Assembly (NCBI GenBank): GCA_040004075.1
Contig: JBDUBP010000200.1
Span: forward strand, 1 to 59,458
Length of the DNA: 59,458 bases
Direction of reading: 5' to 3'
DNA from: Acidobacteriota bacterium
GTDB taxonomy: Bacteria; Acidobacteriota; Thermoanaerobaculia; UBA5066; Gp7-AA6
Within the stretch, counting starts at the first letter, position 1, and the number at the start of each line of letters is the position of its first letter. The notes beneath the pieces were generated by a model. It made no database searches. It was not told the origin of the DNA and was given only the letters and a program-made list of their open reading frames with translations. Positions 15,434 to 24,331 of this stretch are shown piece after piece. The translations under genes and the position numbers were made by a program.

Positions 15434-16945
15434 ATGGACGCTCTGCCACGGCGGCTTCTCATCGCCAATCGCGGAGAGATCGCGGTACGCATCGCGCGAA
15501 CGGCGCGCGAGATGGGAATCGAGCCCGTCGGCGTGTTCGAAAGCTCCGACGCCGGCGGCTTCCACGTCGGCCACATGGCCCGCTCCATTGATCTCGGTCC
15601 GGGCGGACCCGCGGAGACGTACCTTTCGATTCCGAAACTGCTGAAAGCCGCGGAGTCCTCGGAAGCCACGGCGATTCACCCCGGCTACGGGTTCCTTTCG
15701 GAGAACGCCGAGTTCGCGCGCGCAGTCGCCGGCGCGGGGCTCCTGTGGATCGGTCCGCCGGCGGACGCGATCCAGAAGATGGGCGACAAGCTGCAGGCCC
15801 GCCGGCGGATGCGCGAGGCCGGCGTTCCCGTGGTCCCCGGCTCTGACGCGGCCGCCGCCGCGATCGATCCGTCCGACGAGGAACTCCTTCGACGCGGCGC
15901 CGAAATCGGTTTTCCGCTTCTCGTCAAGGCGTCGGGGGGCGGAGGCGGGAAGGGAATGGCGCGCGTCGACCGGGCGGAAGATCTCCCGGCGGCGCTCGAA
16001 GAGACGCATCGCGTCGGACTGTCGGCTTTCGCGGACGGGCGGGTTTATCTCGAAAAGTTCTTCGAGTCGCCGCGGCACGTCGAGTTCCAGGTCTTCGGCG
16101 ACCGCTACGGGAGCGTCGTGCATCTCTTCGAACGCGAGTGCAGCGTGCAGCGCCGGCACCAGAAGGTGCTCGAGGAGACGCCGAGCGTCGCGCTCGACCC
16201 GCGGCTGCGCGAATCGATGGGCCGCGCGGCCATCGAGGCGGCGCGCGCCGTCGGCTACGTCGGCGCCGGAACGGTCGAATTTCTCCTGGACGAGCGCAAG
16301 AATTTCTACTTCCTGGAAATGAACACGCGCCTTCAGGTCGAGCATCCGATCACGGAGGAGACCCTCGGCCTCGATCTCGTGCGCGCGCAGATCGAGATCG
16401 CGCTCGGAGCGCCGCTGCCGCCTCCCTGGAGGGGAGGAAAGCTGCTCCCGCAGGGGCACTCCATCGAGCTGCGCCTCTACGCCGAAGATCCCGAGGATTT
16501 TCTTCCGCGCTCCGGCCGGATTCTCCTGTGGGAGGAACCCGCCGGACCCGGAGTCCGCGTCGACGCGGGCGCGGGAGCGGGCACGACGGTCGGGGTCGAT
16601 TACGACCCGCTTCTCGCCAAGCTCGTCGTGTCCGCCCCCGACAGAAGGAGCGCGATCGAACGGGCGCGGCGCGCGCTGTCCGAGTGGATCGTCCTCGGAG
16701 TCGAAACGAACGCGCCGCTTCTCGCCGCGGTGCTCGCGTCTCCCGAATTCCGATCGGGGCGCTACTCGACCGACCTGATCGGCCGTCTTCCGTCCCGGGC
16801 GCGGCCGCAGCCGCCCGATGCGGCGTGGATCGCCGCCGCCCTCGCCGCCGGAGACGGCGGATCCCCGGCCGCGCCCGCCGTCTCGGCGCCGGCCCGGTCC
16901 CGCGACCCGTGGGACGAGCGTTCGGGGTGGAGGCTCGGAGCGTGA
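15434..16945 (+). CDS. biotin carboxylase part of methylcrotonyl-CoA carboxylase alpha subunit (lacks BCCP)
   Basis: Motifs LLIANRGEIAVRIARTAREMGI, KASGGGGGKGM and FLEMNTRLQVEHPITE. The ORF ends ...DPWDERSGWRLGA-stop, exactly where fused alpha subunits continue. Confidence 0.9.
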   Translation: MDALPRRLLIANRGEIAVRIARTAREMGIEPVGVFESSDAGGFHVGHMARSIDLGPGGPAETYLSIPKLLKAAESSEATAIHPGYGFLSENAEFARAVAGAGLLWIGPPADAIQKMGDKLQARRRMREAGVPVVPGSDAAAAAIDPSDEELLRRGAEIGFPLLVKASGGGGGKGMARVDRAEDLPAALEETHRVGLSAFADGRVYLEKFFESPRHVEFQVFGDRYGSVVHLFERECSVQRRHQKVLEETPSVALDPRLRESMGRAAIEAARAVGYVGAGTVEFLLDERKNFYFLEMNTRLQVEHPITEETLGLDLVRAQIEIALGAPLPPPWRGGKLLPQGHSIELRLYAEDPEDFLPRSGRILLWEEPAGPGVRVDAGAGAGTTVGVDYDPLLAKLVVSAPDRRSAIERARRALSEWIVLGVETNAPLLAAVLASPEFRSGRYSTDLIGRLPSRARPQPPDAAWIAAALAAGDGGSPAAPAVSAPARSRDPWDERSGWRLGA

Positions 16946-17418
16946 AGCTCTCGGAGGGCGAGTCGTCCATCGACGTGGTTCTCGAAGACGGAGTCGCTTC
17001 CCTCGGCGGCCGCGCCGTGCCGTTTTCGACGCGAAGAAGCGGAGCCGCGATCGTCGCGATCGAGGCCGGCGGCGAGAGCTTCGGGGTGCGCGCCGTTCGA
17101 GAGGGCAATCGCGTCTTCGTCTGGTGCGCGGAGAGGACGTTTGAGTTTCGGATGGACCCGCCGGCGGGCGCCAAAAGGACGCGCGTGCGGCCCTCCGCGG
17201 CCGACTCCGGGGGGCTTCTCTCTCCGATGCCGGGCCGGATCCGCCGCGTCCTCGCGGCCGTGGGGGACGCCGTCACGCGCGGCCAGGTCCTGATGGTCCT
17301 GGAGGCGATGAAGATGGAACATTCGATCCGCTCGCCTCGCGACGGCCGGCTCGTCCGGCTCGCCTGCGCGGAAGGGGATCTGGTCGAAGCGGGCGTGGCG
17401 CTGGCGGAGATCGAATGA
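16942..17418 (+). CDS. biotin carboxyl carrier (biotinyl/lipoyl) domain protein, the C-terminal third of an MCC alpha subunit
   Basis: The GTG at 16942 overlaps the upstream TGA (GTGA). The C-terminus VLMVLEAMKMEHSIRSP carries the AMKM biotinylation motif. Confidence 0.75.
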   Translation: MKLSEGESSIDVVLEDGVASLGGRAVPFSTRRSGAAIVAIEAGGESFGVRAVREGNRVFVWCAERTFEFRMDPPAGAKRTRVRPSAADSGGLLSPMPGRIRRVLAAVGDAVTRGQVLMVLEAMKMEHSIRSPRDGRLVRLACAEGDLVEAGVALAEIE

Positions 17419-17450
17419 GTTATCAGTTGTCACCTATCAGTTTTCAGTCC
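17419..17450 (+). repeat. heptamer array, NNNTCAG type, directly after the stop codon
   Basis: TCAG/TCAC occur at 17423, 17430, 17437 and 17444. Confidence 0.85.
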
Positions 17451-17471
17451 GGCTACGACCGTACCGAAGGA

Positions 17472-17505
17472 ACGACTGACGACTGAAGACTGACGGCTGA
17501 CAACT
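17472..17505 (+). repeat. heptamer array, CTGANNN type x4-5
   Basis: CTGA occurs at 17476, 17483, 17490 and 17497. Confidence 0.85.
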
Positions 17506-17525
17506 TTCTTGGTACCCTCCGCCGC

Positions 17526-18497
17526 ATGGAACCCTGGGAGGAACATGCGATCCGGCGGCCGACCCTGCCTTCGCGCGTCACCGTCTACGAAGTCGCGCCT
17601 CGCGACGGGCTGCAGAACGAGCCCGAGACCGTCTCCGTCGAGGCGCGGGTCAAATTCGTCGACCTTCTGACGGACTCCGGATTGAAGGCGATCGAGGTGG
17701 GCTCGTTCGTCTCCCCCAAGGCGATTCCGCAGCTGGCGGATACCGCCGCGGTCTATCGGGGAATCCACCGGGCGAGCGGGACGCGTTATCCGGCCCTCGT
17801 TCCGAACCTGAAGGGCCTCGAGCGGGCCATGGAGGCGGGAGTCCGCGAGATCGCTGTCTTCACGGCGGCCTCGGAGACGTTTAACCAGCACAACATCCAG
17901 GCGGGCGTCGACGAATCGATCGAGAGGTTTCGTCCCGTCGTCGCGCGCGCTCAGGAGGAGAAGATCCGGGTCCGCGGATACGTGTCGACCGCGTTCGGCT
18001 GTCCGTACGAGGGGACGATCTCCCCCGACGCCGTTAGAGAAGTCGTCCACAAGCTGCTCGATCTTCCGGTCGATGAGATTTCCCTGGGAGACACGATCGG
18101 GGTCGCCACGCCGACGGGCGTCTACGACGTGATCGAGAGCCTCTACGACTCGGGAGTCGCGCGCGGAGTCCTCGCGCTGCACTTCCACGACACGCGGGGA
18201 ACGGCGCTCGCCAACGTGTACGCCGGTCTTCAGTGCGGCATCTCCACGTACGATTCCGCCGCGGGAGGCCTCGGGGGCTGTCCCTACGCTCCCGGCGCGG
18301 CCGGAAACGTGGCCACCGAAGACGTCCTCTACCTCTTGGACGGCCTGGGGATCGAGAGCGGCGTCTCCCTCCCGGGCGTCGTCGCCGCCTCCCGCGCGCT
18401 CGCCGCGTCCATCGGCCGCCGGCCCCCCGGGAGGTACCTCGGAGCCGTCTGGGGCGCCGCTTCCGGCTCGGCTGGAGACGGCCCCGCCTCTTCTTGA
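17526..18497 (+). CDS. hydroxymethylglutaryl-CoA lyase
   Basis: Motifs VTVYEVAPRDGLQNE, HFHDTRGTALANV and GGLGGCPYAPGAAGNVATED. Confidence 0.9.
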   Translation: MEPWEEHAIRRPTLPSRVTVYEVAPRDGLQNEPETVSVEARVKFVDLLTDSGLKAIEVGSFVSPKAIPQLADTAAVYRGIHRASGTRYPALVPNLKGLERAMEAGVREIAVFTAASETFNQHNIQAGVDESIERFRPVVARAQEEKIRVRGYVSTAFGCPYEGTISPDAVREVVHKLLDLPVDEISLGDTIGVATPTGVYDVIESLYDSGVARGVLALHFHDTRGTALANVYAGLQCGISTYDSAAGGLGGCPYAPGAAGNVATEDVLYLLDGLGIESGVSLPGVVAASRALAASIGRRPPGRYLGAVWGAASGSAGDGPASS

Positions 18498-18526
18498 TTG
18501 ACAGGGCGTCGGACCACGTGTAAGTT
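18498..18526 (+). promoter_or_regulatory. candidate sigma-70 promoter TTGACA-N17-TAAGTT upstream of the response regulator
   Basis: -35 TTGACA at 18498-18503, a 17-nt spacer, and -10 TAAGTT at 18521-18526. Confidence 0.4.
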
Positions 18527-18549
18527 TTTGAGCGAAAACCCCTTACTCC

Positions 18550-20073
18550 ATGGCTAAGAAAATCCTGTTGGCCGACGACAGCCTGACGATCCAGAAGGTC
18601 GTCGAGCTGACGTTTTCCGACAGCGATTACGAGCTCATCTGCGTCTCCAACGGACAAAGGGCGCTCGATCGGGTCCGAGAAGACCGGCCCGACCTGATCC
18701 TCGCCGACGCCGTCATGCCCGAGAAAAACGGTTACGAGGTGTGTGAGGCGATCAAGGGGGACCCGGCGACAACTCGCATTCCCGTCGTGCTGCTCTCGGG
18801 CACCTTCGAACCGTTCGATCGGGAGCGCGCGGAGAGAATCGGGGCGGACGCCATCGTCTCGAAGCCCTTCGACTCGCACCAGCTCCTCGCGCAGGTGGAC
18901 GCGCTCTTAGAGCGCCCCCGCGGAGGACGGCCGACGGACCCCGACCGGCCGCTGACGACCGCCGCCATCGCCGTGCCGCCGCTCCCGGAGCCGCCGTCTT
19001 CCGCCCCTCCGCCCGTCTCCGACGAGCCTCCGTTCGACGTCGGTTTCTCGGAGGGCGACTTCACGGCCGCGGTCCGGCTCCCTCCCGCCCGGCCGGGCGT
19101 CGATCCCTTCGAAGAGGATTACGGCCGGGGCGACGTCGACTCCGCAATCGAGGCTTTCGAAAAAGCGCATCCCCGTTTCGGGTACGGCTCGGCTCTCGAG
19201 CCGGCGCACGCGGCCACGGCCGCAACCGATCTGCCGCCCGAGACCGCGCGAGAGCCGCAGTGGCTTCGGGAAGAGCCCTATTCCTCACCGAAGGCTGCGG
19301 AAGCGCCCGACGCGCCCACCGAGCCTTTCATGCCGCCCGTCCCGCCGTTGTCGCCGGACGCGTTCGCGCGTCTCTCGACCGTCGCGATTTCGCGGTCGCA
19401 GTCCGGAACACGGGCGGACGAGATGCCGACCGCCGAGTTTCCCCGGCCCGCGATCGAACGGGCGACATCGCCCGAGCGGCGGCAGCCCGCGTCGAACGAA
19501 GACTCGGTGCCGACCTCGTCCATGGGTTTCGCATCGCGGCCCGGCGAATGGCGCTTCGATGCTCCCGTTTCGGAAGCGCCGCAAGCCACCGAGATCTCCG
19601 CTTTGGACGCGCAGGTCCTTTTCGACGTCGGCGGCGAGAGCGAGTCCAGCTCCGCCCCCGAAACACACGACCGCGAAACGGAACCGGCCCGGCAAGCCGG
19701 GTCGGAGACTCCGGCCGGGAACGCCGACGCGAAGCACGAGACGGCGAACGCCCCGGCCCCGATGGAATCGAGCGGCGCCGCCGCGGACAGCCGATTCGAA
19801 GAGACGCCCGCGGGAGAGTCGGCGGGGGGTGCCGTGCCGGGAGAGATCGAGATGCTCGCTCAGAGGTCCTCGATCCCCGAGCTGACCCAGATGCTTTCCT
19901 CCGTGCGCAGCGGCGGCGACATGAGCGAAGAGCAAATCGAGCGGCTGGCGACCCGAGTCGTCGAGAAACTCTCCGACCGGATCGTGCGCGAGATCGCCTG
20001 GGAAGTGATTCCCGACATGGCGGAGCTGGTCATCAAGCAGCGGATCAAGGAGCTCGAGAGCGGCATCGAGTGA
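18550..20073 (+). CDS. response regulator: CheY-like receiver, about 330-aa Pro/Ala/Glu-rich low-complexity region, and a conserved-looking helical C-terminal segment
   Basis: The receiver reads KILLADDSLTIQKVV...LILADAVMPEKNGYEVCEAIK...VSKPF. The C-terminus reads EEQIERLATRVVEKLSDRIVREIAWEVIPDMAELVIKQRIKELE. No DNA-binding or enzymatic output domain is recognisable. Confidence 0.8.
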   Translation: MAKKILLADDSLTIQKVVELTFSDSDYELICVSNGQRALDRVREDRPDLILADAVMPEKNGYEVCEAIKGDPATTRIPVVLLSGTFEPFDRERAERIGADAIVSKPFDSHQLLAQVDALLERPRGGRPTDPDRPLTTAAIAVPPLPEPPSSAPPPVSDEPPFDVGFSEGDFTAAVRLPPARPGVDPFEEDYGRGDVDSAIEAFEKAHPRFGYGSALEPAHAATAATDLPPETAREPQWLREEPYSSPKAAEAPDAPTEPFMPPVPPLSPDAFARLSTVAISRSQSGTRADEMPTAEFPRPAIERATSPERRQPASNEDSVPTSSMGFASRPGEWRFDAPVSEAPQATEISALDAQVLFDVGGESESSSAPETHDRETEPARQAGSETPAGNADAKHETANAPAPMESSGAAADSRFEETPAGESAGGAVPGEIEMLAQRSSIPELTQMLSSVRSGGDMSEEQIERLATRVVEKLSDRIVREIAWEVIPDMAELVIKQRIKELESGIE

Positions 20074-20096
20074 CCCGATCCGGTTTCTGATATAGG

Positions 20097-20121
20097 AAAG
20101 GGCCGCGGAGCCCTTTTTTTT
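20097..20121 (+). terminator. rho-independent terminator-like hairpin AAGGGC-cgcgga-GCCCTT plus T8
   Basis: 6-bp stem, 6-nt loop and an 8-T run that ends exactly at the valS ATG (20122). Confidence 0.6.
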
Positions 20122-22782
20122 ATGCCTGAAAACGTCCTTCCCGCCGAGTCTGACGACTCCGCGCGGAAGCTGCCGAAGACCTTCGAGCCGGGCTCCTTCG
20201 AGGAGCGCTGGTACTCCGTCTGGGAGAAGGACGGCCGCTTTCAGCCCACCGGCGCGCCCGGCTCGCCCCGGTTCGTGATGGTCATTCCACCCCCCAATGT
20301 GACGGGGAAGCTGCACATCGGCCACGCCTACGGGCGGACGATCGAAGACATCCTCGCCCGGTGGAAACGGATGCTCGGGCTCCGGGTCCTGTGGGTTCCC
20401 GGGACGGACCACGCTGGGATCGCGACGCAGATGGTGCTCGAACGCCAGCTCGCGAAACAGGGGATCGACCGGCGGGAGCTCGGCCGCGAAAAATTCGTCG
20501 AGCGGGTGTGGGCCTGGAAGCGCGAGGCGAAGGACACGATCCAGGCGCAGATGAAGAGGCTCGGCTGCTCGCTCGACTGGACACGAGAGCGGTTCACGAT
20601 GGATCCGGACCTCTCGCGAGCCGTGCGGCACGTCTTCGTGAAGCTGTATCAGGAGGGTCTCATCTACCGCGGGCGCTACGTCGTCAACTGGTGCCCCCGC
20701 TGCGAGACGGCGGTCTCGGATCTCGAGGTCGTTCATCGGGAGACGGACGGATCGCTGTACAAGATCCGTTACGACGTGGCGGGTGTTCCGTCCGGAGCTC
20801 TGGTGGCGACGACGCGCCCCGAGACGATGCTGGGCGACACCGCGCTCGCGATCCACCCGGACGACCCGCGCACTTCGAAGCTTCGCGGCCGCAAGGCGGC
20901 GCTTCCGATCGTGGGGCGCGAGATCCCCGTCATCGAGGACGCGATCCTCGTCAACCGCGAGTTCGGCACCGGCGTCGTGAAGGTCACTCCGGCTCACGAC
21001 GCGAACGACTTCGCGGTCGGCCAGCGGCACGACCTTCCCGCGATCGTCGTCATCGGGCCGAACGGCAAGATGACGGCCCAGGCGGGGGAGTATGCCGGTC
21101 TCGACCGATTCGAGGCGCGCAAGCGGATCGTCGCCCGCCTGACCGAGGAGAACCGGCTCAGCTCCGAGCCGTACCGCAACTCGATCGGACACTGCCAGCG
21201 CTGCGACGCCGTGATCGAGCCCTATTTGTCGGAGCAGTGGTTCGTGAAGATCCAGCCTCTCGCCGAGCCGGCTATCCGCGCCGTGGAAGACGGGACGATC
21301 CGCTTTGTCCCGGAATCCTGGACGAAGACCTACTTCGAGTGGATGCGGAACATTCACGACTGGTGCATCTCTCGGCAACTCTGGTGGGGACACCGCATCC
21401 CGGCCTTCACGTGCCCGAATGGCCACGTGACGGTCTCGGAAGAGGATCCGCCGTCCTGCCCGACGTGCGGAGGCGCGCCCCTCGAGCAGGACACGGACGT
21501 GCTCGATACGTGGTTCTCGTCGCAGCTGTGGCCCTTCTCCGTCCTCGGATGGCCGGAGCGCACGTCCGACTTCGAGGACTTCTACCCGACGGACGTTCTC
21601 GTGACCGGTTACGACATCCTTTTCTTCTGGGTCGCGCGGATGATCATGGCGGCCCTGCACTTCACGGGGAAGGCGCCGTTCTCGACCGTGCATCTCCATG
21701 GGCTCGTCCGGATCGGCGGCGAAAAAATGTCGAAATCGAAGGGCAACGTGATCGACCCGCTCGAAGCCATCACGGAGTTCGGCGCCGACGCGGTGCGCTT
21801 CACGCTGGCAAGCGCCTCATCGTCGGGAGCGACCGTGTCGGTCGAGCGCGGCCGCATGGCGGGCTCGCGCAATTTCGCCACCAAGCTGTGGAACGCGGCG
21901 CGGTTCACCCTGTCCTCTCTGGAGGGGCAGGAGGTGCGGGAAGATCTCGGCGGCTGCTCGCTCTCGCTCCCCGATCGGTGGATCCTGTCGCGGCTTTCCG
22001 GCGTGGCCCGCGACGTCAACAGGCAGCTCTCCGAGTTCCGGTTCGACGAGGCGGCGGCGTCGATCTACGCGTTTGTGTGGCACGAGCTCTGTGACGCCTA
22101 CGTCGAAATGGTCAAGCCGGTGCTTTCGGGCCGCGAGGGAACCGAGGAGGAGCGCGCTTCCGCCCGCGGCGTGCTGTCGCGCTGTCTCCTCGATTCGCTG
22201 GCCCTTCTCCACCCCTTCATGCCGTTTTTGACGGAAGAGATCTGGGAGAAGGCGACGGGAAGGCCCGGCACGCTCATCGTGGCCTCGTATCCGACGGGGG
22301 AGGAGTTGCGAAACGACCCGGAGGCCGAGCGCGTGATCGAGGCCGTGCGGGCTCTCGTCACGCGGGTGCGCAACTACCGCGGCGAGCGGGACACGACGCC
22401 GACGGAGCCCGTCGAGGTGTGGATCGCGCCCGACTCGCCGGACCGGGAGCTCGCCGCGGGCATGCCCGCCGTGGCGCCGCTGCTGCGGCATCTCGGCCGG
22501 ATTCCCGAGCTGCGATTCGAGGCGCCGCCCGCGGCCGCGTTCCGGGACGTGGTCGCGGGTCTGTCCGTGGGGCTCCGCGTGCGCGAGACGGACGCGGACT
22601 CCGGAAGCGAGAGGCTCGAGAAGGCTCTCGCGGAAATCGAGCAGGAGTACGACGGTCTCTCCGCGAAGATGCGAAACCCGTCCTTCGTCGACAAGGCGCC
22701 GCCCGCCGTCGTCGAGAAGACGCGCCGCCGCCTGCTCGAGCTCGAGGAGCGGCGGACCGCGCTCTCGGCGGGACGCTCGTGA
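20122..22782 (+). CDS. valS: valine--tRNA ligase
   Basis: 886 aa. Contains the HIGH motif (PPPNVTGKLHIGHA), the KMSKS motif, and a C-terminal coiled coil. Confidence 0.95.
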   Translation: MPENVLPAESDDSARKLPKTFEPGSFEERWYSVWEKDGRFQPTGAPGSPRFVMVIPPPNVTGKLHIGHAYGRTIEDILARWKRMLGLRVLWVPGTDHAGIATQMVLERQLAKQGIDRRELGREKFVERVWAWKREAKDTIQAQMKRLGCSLDWTRERFTMDPDLSRAVRHVFVKLYQEGLIYRGRYVVNWCPRCETAVSDLEVVHRETDGSLYKIRYDVAGVPSGALVATTRPETMLGDTALAIHPDDPRTSKLRGRKAALPIVGREIPVIEDAILVNREFGTGVVKVTPAHDANDFAVGQRHDLPAIVVIGPNGKMTAQAGEYAGLDRFEARKRIVARLTEENRLSSEPYRNSIGHCQRCDAVIEPYLSEQWFVKIQPLAEPAIRAVEDGTIRFVPESWTKTYFEWMRNIHDWCISRQLWWGHRIPAFTCPNGHVTVSEEDPPSCPTCGGAPLEQDTDVLDTWFSSQLWPFSVLGWPERTSDFEDFYPTDVLVTGYDILFFWVARMIMAALHFTGKAPFSTVHLHGLVRIGGEKMSKSKGNVIDPLEAITEFGADAVRFTLASASSSGATVSVERGRMAGSRNFATKLWNAARFTLSSLEGQEVREDLGGCSLSLPDRWILSRLSGVARDVNRQLSEFRFDEAAASIYAFVWHELCDAYVEMVKPVLSGREGTEEERASARGVLSRCLLDSLALLHPFMPFLTEEIWEKATGRPGTLIVASYPTGEELRNDPEAERVIEAVRALVTRVRNYRGERDTTPTEPVEVWIAPDSPDRELAAGMPAVAPLLRHLGRIPELRFEAPPAAAFRDVVAGLSVGLRVRETDADSGSERLEKALAEIEQEYDGLSAKMRNPSFVDKAPPAVVEKTRRRLLELEERRTALSAGRS

Positions 22783-23549
22783 TTCCCTTCGCGGGCGGGT
22801 CCGTCGACCCCCGCCGGTGGCGAACGCTGCAGAACCTGGTCGTGGTGGAGGCCGTGACCTCGTCGAACGACCTCGCCCGCGAGATCGTCGAGGTGTACTT
22901 CGCGGAGGAGCAGGAGATGCCTCCGACTGTCCTGATCGGGGAAGGGCAGACGGCGGCGCGAGGCCGCAAGGGCCGGTGGGTTGCGGAGCCCGGCCGGGGC
23001 CTCTACCTGACGATCGTGCGCCGGATCGGCGAGGGCGAGCCGATGTCGCTTGTGCCGATCGCCGTTGGACGGTGGGTCCGCGACGTCCTCGCGGAGCACG
23101 CGGGCCTCGAGGCGTCGCTCAAGTGGCCGAACGACGTCTATGCGGGCGGCCGGAAACTGGCGGGGATCCTCGCGGAGTCGCGGACCCAGGGGGAGGACAC
23201 CTACGTCGCCGTCGGACTGGGCTTGAACGCATTGGGAACCGCCGGCTCGGTCGGGATCGAGAACGCGACGACTGTCGAGCAGGAGACGGGACGAGCCGCC
23301 CCGCTCGCCCCGCTCATGCAGGCTCTTCTCGACCGCTGCGATGCCGAGCTCTCCTCGCCCGGGTGGGAGCGGGAGGTCGAGCGGTGGGAGCGCGTCTCTC
23401 TCCATCGTCCCGGCGACCGGCTGACGATCCGGAAAGACGGGGAAGAGCTCTCGGGGGCGTACCGCGGTCTCACCCCCGAAGGGTTCCTTCGCCTGGAGAC
23501 GGCCGCCGGCGAAACCGTATGCGCGACGGGGGAGCTTGCTCGATGGTGA
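22779..23549 (+). CDS. birA: biotin--[acetyl-CoA-carboxylase] ligase (no N-terminal HTH)
   Basis: GTGA overlap with the valS stop. Contains GEGQTAARGRKGRWVAEPGRGLY (the GRGRxGRxW-type motif) and KWPNDV. Confidence 0.8.
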   Translation: MIPFAGGSVDPRRWRTLQNLVVVEAVTSSNDLAREIVEVYFAEEQEMPPTVLIGEGQTAARGRKGRWVAEPGRGLYLTIVRRIGEGEPMSLVPIAVGRWVRDVLAEHAGLEASLKWPNDVYAGGRKLAGILAESRTQGEDTYVAVGLGLNALGTAGSVGIENATTVEQETGRAAPLAPLMQALLDRCDAELSSPGWEREVERWERVSLHRPGDRLTIRKDGEELSGAYRGLTPEGFLRLETAAGETVCATGELARW

Positions 23550-24331
23550 CGGCCCCGCCGCCCGCGCGGCTTCTCGCCGTGGACGTCGGGAACACCAACA
23601 CTGTCCTCGGTCTCTACGCCGGCACCGACCTCCTGCGCAGCTTCCGCCTGACGAGCCGCCGTGACGCGACCTCCGACGAGATCGCCCTCTCCGTCGAGGG
23701 CCTTCTCCGGACGATTCCGGGCGGACCGCCCGACGACGTGATCATTTCCTCCGTCGTGCCGGCGCTCCGGTTTCCCATGCGCCAGGCGTTTCGTCAGCTC
23801 TTCGAGCGCGATCCCATTTTCATCGAGCCCGGCATCAAGACCGGGATGCCGATCCTCTACGACGTCCCGCAGGAAGTCGGAGCGGATCGGATCGTCAACG
23901 CGGTCGCCGCGTACGCGCGGGTCAACGGGCCCTGCATCATCGTAGACTTCGGCACCGCGACGACCTTCGACGTCGTGACCGAGCGCGGCGAATACGCGGG
24001 CGGCGTCATCGTTCCCGGGATCGCGATATCGGCCGAGGCGCTCTTCGAGAAGGCCGCCCGGCTGTGGCGCGTCGAGATCCGCCGCCCGGAGCGGGTCGTC
24101 GGCAAGACGACGGCGTCTTCGATTCAATCCGGTTTGTACTTCGGATATCTCTCCCTCGTCGACGGCGTCATCGACCGCATCGTCCGCGAGACGGGCGGCC
24201 GCCCGCGCGTCATCGCCACGGGCGGGCTGGCCGAGCTCTTCGCCGGCGGATCGGAGCGCATCGAGGAAGTCGATCCGCTCCTGACCCTGACCGGGCTTCG
24301 TCTGATCTATGAACGAAACCGGGGAGGATAG
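23543..24331 (+). CDS. coaX: type III pantothenate kinase
   Basis: Motifs LLAVDVGNTNTVLGLY, GADRIVNAVAA, DFGTATTFD and VIATGGLA. The ATG overlaps the end of birA. Confidence 0.85.
   Translation: MVTAPPPARLLAVDVGNTNTVLGLYAGTDLLRSFRLTSRRDATSDEIALSVEGLLRTIPGGPPDDVIISSVVPALRFPMRQAFRQLFERDPIFIEPGIKTGMPILYDVPQEVGADRIVNAVAAYARVNGPCIIVDFGTATTFDVVTERGEYAGGVIVPGIAISAEALFEKAARLWRVEIRRPERVVGKTTASSIQSGLYFGYLSLVDGVIDRIVRETGGRPRVIATGGLAELFAGGSERIEEVDPLLTLTGLRLIYERNRGG

Noticed and set aside
19285-21699. 804-aa reverse-strand ORF antisense to the response regulator and valS. Similar long alternate-frame ORFs occur at 10841-12010, 11514-13325, 28130-29461, 29633-30934, 41650-43149, 45336-46592, 47663-49021 and 54046-56085.
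   Set aside because: They are Arg/Pro/Gly/Ala-rich with no motifs, and they fully overlap genes with clear conserved motifs on the other strand or frame. Stop-codon paucity in very GC-rich DNA produces exactly this artefact.
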